Of a stretch of DNA of 30,836 nt, positions 16,931 through 24,800 are shown in pieces. Position 1 is the stretch's first letter, and each line of letters begins with the position of its first letter. The notes beneath the pieces are model-generated. The model worked only from the letters and a program-made list of their open reading frames with translations, was not told the DNA's origin and ran no database searches. The position numbers and the translations under genes were made by a program. Origin of the DNA: Chlamydiota bacterium (lineage in GTDB: Bacteria > Auribacterota > JACPWU01); the NCBI GenBank assembly GCA_016196885.1, contig JACPWU010000034.1:1-30836 (forward strand), given 5' to 3'.

Positions 16931-18951
16931 TGAAAAAGATTCTGGGTGGGAATGAAACGGGTCTTTCCCTTCTTGCAGTCGTTTTAACCCTTTTGATTTT
17001 AGCAGTGATGGGGACTGTGATCATTTCTCAATTTGGCTCAGGGGTCACTACGACGCTCAATGAGCAAACGGTGGCGCAGGCGGCCTTTGTGACAGAAGGG
17101 GGAGAAGAGGTGGCGTTGCGCTACTTAATCGACAATGCTCGTTTTGGAGAAAATGGAGTGAGCCCCCAAACCAGCTCTTTCACAGATACAAGTTTTGGAA
17201 GAGGCAGTTTTGCGGTGTCGTCCCTTTATCCTTTGACGGCCATTGCCAATACGTCTACAGCTTTTATCAATTCTGCTGCGACCACGGTGACGGTGAACAG
17301 CACTTCTTCTTTTCCTTCTTCGGGAAGGTTGAAAATAGATTTAGAAACGATGACTTATGCGGGTAAAACGGCGACGACTTTTACAGGGTTAACGCGGGGC
17401 ACTGATGCAACGGTTGCGACAGACCATTATCAAAGAAGTCATGTGTTTATTGCAACGGTTTTAACAGCAGATCCTGGAGTTGCGGGAACGACTTTAAATG
17501 TAGCGAGTACCTCTGGTTTTTTAACCAGCGGGACACTTCGCATTGGCGAAGAATTAATGGATTATGCAGGAATCACGAGCACCACTTTTACGGGCTTGAC
17601 GCGGGGAACGCACGGGACCACCGCAGCTCTTCACGGAATGGGTCAAACCGTTTGGCCGGGTCTTCAACAATGTGAAGTCACCAGCACCGGAACAGTGGGA
17701 ACTTCGGGTCAAATGGGTTATGGGGTTCGGGTGTTTCGCCAGACGGTGAGCTCGGTTGTGTCTCCGACATTGCCTGCGCTTATTTCAACGAGTGCTGGAA
17801 CAGGTGTTGGAGGATTTTCTGGAGATGGAGGAGCTGCGACCGCAGCCCGAGTCAGCAATCCTAGAGGTATGGAAATTGATAAACAAGGCCAAATCCTTTA
17901 CATTGCGGACACGACCAATGATCGTATTAGGCAAGTGAATCTTACGACCGGAATTATTACAACGGTTGCTGGAACTGGGGTCGCAGGTAATACGGGTGAC
18001 GGAGGAGCTGCGATAGCGGCTCGTTTAAGGGCTCCCCAAGATGTTACGCTCAATGCCGATGGGAGCATTCTTTACATTACAGATACCGGAAACAATCGTA
18101 TTCGTCAGGTGAATTTGACAACAGGAATTATTACAAATTTTGCAGGTAACTCTGGAGGTGCAAGCGGAAATACGGGAGATGGCTTGTCTGCGACAGGTGT
18201 GTTGGCTCGTTTAAATACCCCGCGAGGGATTGATGTAGATCCTATCGGAAATGTTTATATTGCAGATACGAACAACAACCGTATTCGCCGGGTGACGAGT
18301 GGAGGAACTTTGCAAGCTGTGGCTGGAGATGCTGTCCTCGCTACGGCTGGAAATATTCCGTCAGCAGGGGGGGCACCGGTTGCAGTCGCAGCGGCTAGAT
18401 TTCGTCGTCCGGAAGGTGTTGCTGTGGGAATCAATGATGCTTTGATTTATCTTGCAGATACTCAAACCGGGGCTCCAGGTTCTGATCCAGGTAAAGTTCG
18501 ATTGATTAATCTTACAACGAATCTTGTCTCTAACATTGCAGGCATTGATTCAACTGGATTTTCAGGGGATGGGGCTGCAGCGACTTTGGCTCGATTGTCG
18601 AATCCCGCAGGAGTCGATGCAGATGCTCAGGGGAATGTTTACATCGCAGATACGGGGAATAACCGGATTCGAAAAGTGACAACGACGACGGGAATTATCA
18701 ATACCATTGCGGGAGACGGGACGACCCCTTTTGATGGAGACAATCAAGACGCCCGAAATGCTGCTTTAAATGCGCCGCGTGGGATTGTCCTGGATGAAAA
18801 AGCAGGAATGGGTCCTGTCACAGGAACGGCTGGACTTTCTTTGAATTACAGTCAGGATTATTATATTGCAGACACTGCACATGACCGGATCCGAAAAGTG
18901 ACCCAGGTTGAAAATTTGGAAGAGGTGGATTGGAGAGAGGTGTTTCAGTAA
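16930..18951 (+). CDS. PilX/GspK-like pseudopilin N-terminus fused to tandem 50-aa repeats and a six-bladed NHL-repeat beta-propeller (673 aa)
   Basis: Hydrophobic N-terminus NETG|LSLLAVVLTLLILAV lacks Glu+5, as in PilX/GspK. Two ~50-aa repeats end FTGLTRGT..T.A..H. Six repeats carry YIADTxNNRIR(K/Q)V. The ATG overlaps the upstream stop (TGATG). Confidence 0.85.
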   Translation: MKKILGGNETGLSLLAVVLTLLILAVMGTVIISQFGSGVTTTLNEQTVAQAAFVTEGGEEVALRYLIDNARFGENGVSPQTSSFTDTSFGRGSFAVSSLYPLTAIANTSTAFINSAATTVTVNSTSSFPSSGRLKIDLETMTYAGKTATTFTGLTRGTDATVATDHYQRSHVFIATVLTADPGVAGTTLNVASTSGFLTSGTLRIGEELMDYAGITSTTFTGLTRGTHGTTAALHGMGQTVWPGLQQCEVTSTGTVGTSGQMGYGVRVFRQTVSSVVSPTLPALISTSAGTGVGGFSGDGGAATAARVSNPRGMEIDKQGQILYIADTTNDRIRQVNLTTGIITTVAGTGVAGNTGDGGAAIAARLRAPQDVTLNADGSILYITDTGNNRIRQVNLTTGIITNFAGNSGGASGNTGDGLSATGVLARLNTPRGIDVDPIGNVYIADTNNNRIRRVTSGGTLQAVAGDAVLATAGNIPSAGGAPVAVAAARFRRPEGVAVGINDALIYLADTQTGAPGSDPGKVRLINLTTNLVSNIAGIDSTGFSGDGAAATLARLSNPAGVDADAQGNVYIADTGNNRIRKVTTTTGIINTIAGDGTTPFDGDNQDARNAALNAPRGIVLDEKAGMGPVTGTAGLSLNYSQDYYIADTAHDRIRKVTQVENLEEVDWREVFQ

Positions 18952-18960
18952 ATAAATGAT

Positions 18961-19055
18961 CAATAACCAATGACAAATGACAAATTAATTTTCAATGATC
19001 CAATGTCCAATTGGACATTCATTTGACATTGGAAATTGGTTATGGGTCATTGGTT
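18961..19055. repeat. heptamer-arm hairpin (CCAATGA/CAAATGA units) after the NHL protein gene
   Basis: CAATAACCAATGACAAATGACAAATT...CCAATGTCCAATTGGACATT...GGAAATTGGTTATGGGTCATTGGTT, centred on CCAATTGG. Confidence 0.65.
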
Positions 19056-19151
19056 CTAATTCTCTTCCAAATTCTTTTGACATCGTCCGATTCAGTTGCG
19101 ACAATAATAAGTAAGTAGTTCTTATCCGTTTTCTATGGGGGGGCTTTTGCC

Positions 19152-19382
19152 TTGCTCGTTCGAAGGGGGGAACTTGCGAAGTCTCTGGGACTTTCTTGGC
19201 CAACGGTGAAGTACTACACCGAAGTGGGCCTATTCACGCCTGTTGAACTTACTCCACATGGTCAGTTCCTTTACGATTTGGAAAAAAATCGCTCTCGCAA
19301 TCAATTGATTCAAAATTTAAAAATCAAGCGCTTTACCCTTTCTGAAATTAAGACAAGGTTAATATTGGAGGGTTTGAATTAA
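19152..19382 (+). CDS. small MerR-family helix-turn-helix protein (76 aa)
   Basis: GELAKSLGLSWPTVKYYTEVGLFTP matches the MerR-type HTH, and KRFTLSEIKTRL matches the start of the MerR dimerisation helix. TTG start, with a G-rich stretch upstream. Confidence 0.55.
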   Translation: MLVRRGELAKSLGLSWPTVKYYTEVGLFTPVELTPHGQFLYDLEKNRSRNQLIQNLKIKRFTLSEIKTRLILEGLN

Positions 19383-19387
19383 GGAGG

Positions 19388-19463
19388 TAACTCCCCCAGC
19401 CCCTCTTAAATAAGAGGGGAGAAAACCCTTCTCCGATGTGACATCGGAGGAGTTGGAGGGGTT
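19388..19463. repeat. C-rich Y-shaped palindromic element, copy 2
   Basis: TAACTCCCCCAGCCCCTCTTAAATAAGAGGGGAGAAAACCCTTCTCCGATGTGACATCGGAGGAGTTGGAGGGGTT. Confidence 0.75.
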
Positions 19464-19477
19464 CAAGGAAGGAATCC

Positions 19478-20260
19478 ATGCCCATCATTGCCATTGCAAA
19501 TCAAAAGGGAGGTTGTGGCAAAACCACAACGGCGATTAACCTTGCAGCGGTGCTAGCGGCAAAAGGATTGAGAAGCCTTCTCATTGACCTAGACCCTCAG
19601 GCGCACGCGACCCTGGGCCTTGGGTTGATGCCGGACACGCTGGACCGGACCATTTATGATGTTTTGGTTTCTTCGCGGGCCTCCCTCTCTCAGGTCATTC
19701 GTGCCACGCATGTGGAGAATCTTTTTATAGCCCCTTCAAATATTTTACTCAGTGGTGCAGATATTGATTTGGTGAACGTGATCGGTCGTGAGAATGTATT
19801 GAGGGATCATTTGTTGGCCTTGGGAGATGCCTATTCGTATATTTTGATAGATTGCTCACCCTCTTTGAGCATTTTGACGGTGAATGCCCTCACAGCTTCC
19901 GATTTTATCCTGATTCCCATTCAGACGCATTATTTTGCGATGGAGGGGATGAAACAACTTTTTACGACGATTGATTTGGTGAAGCGCCGGCTCAATCCCA
20001 ATCTTAGCATCATGGGAATTCTTCCGACTTTGTATGATCCCAGAACGAACATTGGGAAAGAGGTGCTTCAAGGGATTCGCGATTATTTTAAGGAAAAGGT
20101 TTTTCAATCAGTGATTCACATCAATACCAAATTAACCGAAGCTCCCAGTGCGGGCGAGACTATTATTACTTATGATCCACGTTCGACGGGGGCAAGGGAT
20201 TACACGCAATTGGCGGAAGAGGTCTTGAGCCTTGAACAAAAAAAAGTCGGGGTTGTCTAA
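19478..20260 (+). CDS. ParA/Soj-family deviant Walker ATPase (orphan, no parB nearby)
   Basis: IAIANQKGGCGKTTTAINLAAVLA (KGGxGKT deviant Walker A) and LLIDLDPQ. 260 aa. Confidence 0.9.
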   Translation: MPIIAIANQKGGCGKTTTAINLAAVLAAKGLRSLLIDLDPQAHATLGLGLMPDTLDRTIYDVLVSSRASLSQVIRATHVENLFIAPSNILLSGADIDLVNVIGRENVLRDHLLALGDAYSYILIDCSPSLSILTVNALTASDFILIPIQTHYFAMEGMKQLFTTIDLVKRRLNPNLSIMGILPTLYDPRTNIGKEVLQGIRDYFKEKVFQSVIHINTKLTEAPSAGETIITYDPRSTGARDYTQLAEEVLSLEQKKVGVV

Positions 20261-22049
20261 AGAGATTTCATCCATCTTTGATGGAGTGCCTGATTTGGAA
20301 GGAAATGTTCCTTCTCCTTCTCTTGCAAAACCTGCAATGGCCCCCACGGGTCGAAACGCCCTGATCCCTATCGAAAAGAGTTTTTCTTACTTTTGGGGGA
20401 GGATGCCTCGTTCTAGGTATAGGGCTGTTTTAGAGATTGGGTCTGGGTCTTTAAAATGGATTTGCTTGGAAAAGGGAAAGAAAGGTGATTTTCGCCTGGC
20501 TGGAATCGCCTATGAGATTTTACCCTTTCTTCACGATCGTGGCCAGTTCTTGAATTCTCTGAAAGAAAAAATGGGCCAGATCAGGGCTAAGGCAAAAGGG
20601 ATTTTTGAATTGGATCTTTTAATTTCTGAGCCTACCATCTTGTTTAATTCTCTCTCCATTGCAAAGGCAAATCAGGGAAGGGCGAGACAGGTGTTGTTGA
20701 CCGAAATGGTTCGTCGAAATCCTACTTTACGTGTGGAAGATTATTGGATGGGATTTTGTGTTTCCAAAAGACCTTCGCGTGAGAAACCCGACACCCTTCG
20801 TGTGATGATGGGGCAGATTAAGAAAGAGGAGCTCGAGGACTGGGTTGAGGTGATTGAAGGGGCGGGGTGGCGGGTGAGGCGTGTGGAGGGAACTCCTTTT
20901 GCTGTTGAGAGATTTTTATCCCAAGTGGGTTTGGGAAGAGGGGAAACGGTCGGGGTTTTGGAAATGGGACTTTCACATACGTCCATTCTCTTTTGTCGAG
21001 AAGGGGATATTGAATATCAAAGGCGTCTGCCCGTTTCTTCTCAGGATTTAACAGAGTCCTTTCAGAAACCTGTGGTGGTGGGAGAGACCAAATTTACTCT
21101 GACGCGTGAAGAGGCAGAGGAATTGAAATGGAGTGTTGGATTTCCCTATGGAGAAGGGGAAGTGAAAACTTCTCTGGGAAAGGTGTTGACGCATGAGCAG
21201 ATAGGATCTTTGATTCGCCTGCCTTTAGAGAGATTGGTTCGCGAAATTCAGAGCTCCATTCAATTTTATTTACATGCCTATAAAACACCCGTTCTCAAAA
21301 AGTTTTTCTTAATGGGGGATGGGACCCGCGTTCCAAATCTGGAGCGATATTTGAGAGAAGGCCTGATGCTGAGTCGGTTAGAGATTTTAAGTCCTTTCAA
21401 GATGCTTAAATGGGATATTCCTCAAGGGGATTTGGGAAATTTGGAATCCGCCTTTACTTCTGTTTTAGGGGCGGCTTTCATGGAAGAGTCGAGGCTTGAT
21501 TTAAGACCGGAAGGTATCAAAAAATTTGATAGGTTGGGAAAAATCGGGAAGGTGTTTAAGATAGCAGCGTGTGGGGTGGTGGCATTTATCGGCATCCTTT
21601 TTATTTTTGATTTTCTCGAGATTGCTCATTTGGACCAAACATTTAAGGCGACCTATGGCAATTTTGAAAAAGCCAGCGAGGCCTTGTCCCGTGTCGCATT
21701 CTTACAAGGTGAAAGAATGATTCTAAAAAGAGAAATTAATTTCTATCAAAGTGTGGTGGGGGCCCATCCTTTTTTGGATAACCTCTTAAGGGAGTTGTCT
21801 CGGGCTATGCTGGACCCAATTTACCTGAACGATCTTCATATTTCTCGAGAAAAAGATCTTTGGGTTTTGAATGTGAAGGGGGTGATTTTGGAAGGTCATG
21901 AGACCCAGGAGCACGTGCTCTCAGAGTTTCTGGTTCGTTTGGAGGATACCTATTCTTTTTTTGATACGGATTTGGTGACTTCCACCCGAACGACCTTGGA
22001 GAAACAAAATGGCCTTGAGTTTGAGATTCGATGTCGTTTAAAGACGTGA
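20232..22049 (+). CDS. pilM: PilM-PilN fusion protein (actin-like PilM domain + TM + PilN periplasmic domain; GspL-like architecture)
   Basis: PilM-like segments (VLEIGSGSLKW, LEMGLSHTSILF, FFLMGDGTRVPNLERYL). These are followed by LDLRPEG, a TM helice (IAACGVVAFIGILFIFDFL) and a coiled-coil/ferredoxin-like tail. Start uncertain: TTG 20232 overlaps parA by 29 nt; ATG 20337 and 20403 are alternatives. Confidence 0.8.
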   Translation: MNKKKSGLSKEISSIFDGVPDLEGNVPSPSLAKPAMAPTGRNALIPIEKSFSYFWGRMPRSRYRAVLEIGSGSLKWICLEKGKKGDFRLAGIAYEILPFLHDRGQFLNSLKEKMGQIRAKAKGIFELDLLISEPTILFNSLSIAKANQGRARQVLLTEMVRRNPTLRVEDYWMGFCVSKRPSREKPDTLRVMMGQIKKEELEDWVEVIEGAGWRVRRVEGTPFAVERFLSQVGLGRGETVGVLEMGLSHTSILFCREGDIEYQRRLPVSSQDLTESFQKPVVVGETKFTLTREEAEELKWSVGFPYGEGEVKTSLGKVLTHEQIGSLIRLPLERLVREIQSSIQFYLHAYKTPVLKKFFLMGDGTRVPNLERYLREGLMLSRLEILSPFKMLKWDIPQGDLGNLESAFTSVLGAAFMEESRLDLRPEGIKKFDRLGKIGKVFKIAACGVVAFIGILFIFDFLEIAHLDQTFKATYGNFEKASEALSRVAFLQGERMILKREINFYQSVVGAHPFLDNLLRELSRAMLDPIYLNDLHISREKDLWVLNVKGVILEGHETQEHVLSEFLVRLEDTYSFFDTDLVTSTRTTLEKQNGLEFEIRCRLKT

Positions 22050-22057
22050 GGGGATAG

Positions 22058-22609
22058 ATGACAAAATTCATGAGGCTTTATATAGAATGGGCTCTCTTTT
22101 TTCTTTTCGTTGCGGCTCTTTTTCTTCTCATTTATCTTCCCGAAGAGGGCCGCCTGCGTGTTAGAAAAGTAGCCATGAACGCACTCTTGATGAAGACAGA
22201 GGAATTGGAGAAAATGCCCCAAGACATTCAAGATGTAGAAAGCAAAATCAAAAATGTGGATCAGCGTATTGAAGTTTATCAAAAAAAGTTTTGGGAACTT
22301 AAGGACGTCCCTCGCGTGATGCAGACACTCTCCTCCTTGTTTGCTTCTAAACATTTAAAGGTGATGTCGATTCTTCCCAAAAGGGAATCTCAGGAGGAGG
22401 TTCCATCTATTCAGGGAATTAAGATCCCTTTGTCCGTGGAATTAGAGGGGCATTTCCAGGATTTCGCCGACATGATCAGTGAATTGGAAGATAATTCCCT
22501 GGCCTTGACTGTGGAGGATCTTCAAATTCGAAAGGAAGATCTAGATTCTGATCTTTTGCATGTCAAAATTCTTCTGTATATTTTCCTAAAAAAAGAGGTT
22601 CCTGGATGA
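22058..22609 (+). CDS. pilO: PilO-like pilus alignment protein (GspM-like)
   Basis: N-terminal TM, a coiled coil, then a ferredoxin-like C-terminus (KIPLSVELEGHFQDFADMISELE). SD GAGGGG. Sits between pilMN and the PilP-like gene. Confidence 0.65.
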   Translation: MTKFMRLYIEWALFFLFVAALFLLIYLPEEGRLRVRKVAMNALLMKTEELEKMPQDIQDVESKIKNVDQRIEVYQKKFWELKDVPRVMQTLSSLFASKHLKVMSILPKRESQEEVPSIQGIKIPLSVELEGHFQDFADMISELEDNSLALTVEDLQIRKEDLDSDLLHVKILLYIFLKKEVPG

Positions 22610-23019
22610 AAAAGATAGCAGTCGGAAGCGGCCTTCTTTTTTTAGCCATTGTTGTGGCCGCCGTCTTTCTTTTTAAATTTTGGCATGGTTCAAAACGTCT
22701 TCAGACCGGGCTTTCATTGGAAAGTGATGAAAAAATGGATGTTCTATTTCTGTCCGAAAAACGGGCGCCTTTGGATTGGGGATTGGATCCCTTTCGAAGT
22801 CCTCATCAGGTTCCCCAAAATTTATCTGTCAATTTGGGTACTTTAGATTTGACCGGGATTTTGTGGAGTAGAGAGAACCGGGCAGCCATTATCAACGATA
22901 AAGTTGTGCATACGGGGGATTCTATGGAAGGGTTTAAGATTGTCGAGATTTTCAAAGATCATCTGTTGATTGAGAAAGATGATAAGACATTTGAACTTCG
23001 TCAGAAAGGAGCTGGGTAA
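22606..23019 (+). CDS. PilP/GspC-like small periplasmic protein
   Basis: N-terminal anchor, with C-terminal LTGILWSRENRAAIINDKVVHTGDSMEGFKIVEI, typical of the PilP/GspB/MshK-type beta domain. ATGA overlap with pilO and TAATG overlap with the secretin gene. Confidence 0.5.
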   Translation: MKKIAVGSGLLFLAIVVAAVFLFKFWHGSKRLQTGLSLESDEKMDVLFLSEKRAPLDWGLDPFRSPHQVPQNLSVNLGTLDLTGILWSRENRAAIINDKVVHTGDSMEGFKIVEIFKDHLLIEKDDKTFELRQKGAG

Positions 23020-24707
23020 TGAGGAAAACCCTCGTGATGTTGTGCGTCATCCTAGGGATGGTTTCAACGATGGGGAAGGCCGCCGATGAAAAGCTTCAGC
23101 ATCAGGCATCTTTGGTGACTTTAGATTTCAAAGAGGCGGATTTGGAAAATGTTTTGAGGCTTCTCTCGGATCAATATGGTGTGAACGTTGTTGCGGGAGA
23201 GGAAGTGCATGGAAAAGTCACCGTACATCTGGAAAATGTCACGATGGAGGGGGCGTTAAAGGCTATTTTAGGGGCCAATGGCTACGGCTATGTCTCAGAT
23301 GGAAATATTTTTCGTGTTGCCCCTTTAGCCCAACTGGCCGATGAGGAAAAGACGCGCAAAGAATTAGAGGGATATGAAGGCGTGGTATCCGAAGTTATTT
23401 TACTTCATTATTTAGATGCCCAAGATGCAAAGAAAGTTTTAAGGGGACTTCTTTCTTCTCACGGTTTGATCAAGGTATTAGAACGCAAAACCCTTCCTGG
23501 ATGGCAAATCACGGGCGTGGCAGGGGGGACGGGGTTTTCAAGTTCTACGTCTTCTTCTACGAGCGGGACTTATTCTAATATGGCTAACATTTCCAATCTT
23601 GTCGGAAAAAGAACTCAGCCCGTGGAGACCTACGAACGCTCCCGGACTCTTCTCATCACAGATACGTCTAAAAAAATTCAGTTGATTAAAGAGGTTTTGG
23701 AAAAATTGGATGTGCCTCCTCAACAGGTGATGATTGATGCCATGGTGGTAGAATTGGCATTGTCAAACACGGAAGATTTGGGTCTGCGTTGGGATAGCCT
23801 CGAGGGATGGGAAATCAGTGCTGCTCCGAGCCGTACACTCACAGATGAATTCACTAAAAAAGCGGACTCTTCTGATGACTTAAGCTCGAGTGTGGATGAG
23901 GGCCTAGAGACCTCAAGGGTGAGGACGATTAACAATTTGAGTGGGAATGCGAGCTCAGATGTGACCACCAAAACGGGGGAGACAACGACGGCGACCACTG
24001 AAACGCATGATGCCTCCCATAGTAAAAGCAGAATTTTTACAGACTTGAGATCAGTGGTGCTTTCGGCGGATGAATTAAAAGTAGTTTTAAGTGCCTTGGC
24101 CAAAAAAGGAGATGTAGACGTGATTTCAAGTCCCAATGTTCTGACCTTGGACAATCACGAGGCCACGATTCTGGTGGGTGAAAATTTCCCTATTTTCACA
24201 ACCTCTGTCTCAGATCAAGGAACGGTGACAGAATCCTTTGATTATTATCAACCGGTTGGCATCAGTTTGCGTGTGATTCCTCAAGTTTCCGCCCATTCCC
24301 ATATTAACATGTTGATTCATCCTTCGATCAGTGAGATTGGCGAGTTTGTCACGGGAACGACGGGGTTAAAATATCCGAGAATCAACATTCGTGAGGCAGA
24401 CACACAGGTCTTGATTCAAGAAGGACAGACCGTAGTGATCGGGGGATTGGTGACCGGGCGCGATGAAGAGGTGGTGACACGCGTCCCTTTCTTGGGGGAT
24501 ATTCCCATCTTGGGGCTTGCCTTTCGCCATAAAAGCATTGTGAAAAAGAAAGTGAATCTATTGGTCTTTGTCACCCCTCGGTTGGTAAAACCAGATGAAA
24601 TATCAGAACAGGAAAGCCGTGTGTTTAAATATTATTTGAAGTACAAGAAAATCCAGGACGAAAAGAAAAGGGCAAAACCGAAGAAGTTTTTCTCACCACC
24701 GTTTTAG
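23019..24707 (+). CDS. pilQ: secretin (PilQ/GspD family)
   Basis: Signal peptide, N0-like domain (VTLDFKEADLENVLRLLS...GNIFRVAP) and secretin core (VISSPNVLTLDNHEATILVG; VPFLGDIPILGLAFRHK...LLVFVTPRLV). Ser/Thr-rich low-complexity stretches are present. Confidence 0.9.
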   Translation: MRKTLVMLCVILGMVSTMGKAADEKLQHQASLVTLDFKEADLENVLRLLSDQYGVNVVAGEEVHGKVTVHLENVTMEGALKAILGANGYGYVSDGNIFRVAPLAQLADEEKTRKELEGYEGVVSEVILLHYLDAQDAKKVLRGLLSSHGLIKVLERKTLPGWQITGVAGGTGFSSSTSSSTSGTYSNMANISNLVGKRTQPVETYERSRTLLITDTSKKIQLIKEVLEKLDVPPQQVMIDAMVVELALSNTEDLGLRWDSLEGWEISAAPSRTLTDEFTKKADSSDDLSSSVDEGLETSRVRTINNLSGNASSDVTTKTGETTTATTETHDASHSKSRIFTDLRSVVLSADELKVVLSALAKKGDVDVISSPNVLTLDNHEATILVGENFPIFTTSVSDQGTVTESFDYYQPVGISLRVIPQVSAHSHINMLIHPSISEIGEFVTGTTGLKYPRINIREADTQVLIQEGQTVVIGGLVTGRDEEVVTRVPFLGDIPILGLAFRHKSIVKKKVNLLVFVTPRLVKPDEISEQESRVFKYYLKYKKIQDEKKRAKPKKFFSPPF

Positions 24708-24708
24708 G

Positions 24709-24800
24709 GATAGCGTACAGCGGTTAGCGTTCAGCGTGCAGAAAAAACCAACTCCTTACAAACTGTCCGCTATACGCTGGCCGCTGAACGCTATTTTTTT
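24709..24800 (+). terminator. heptamer-arm hairpin (NNAGCGT subfamily) followed by T7: likely intrinsic terminator of the pilus operon
   Basis: Arms GATAGCGTACAGCGGTTAGCGTTCAGCGTGCAG and CTGTCCGCTATACGCTGGCCGCTGAACGCTA, then TTTTTTT (24794-24800). The right arm supplies the stop codon of the convergent receiver gene. Confidence 0.7.
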
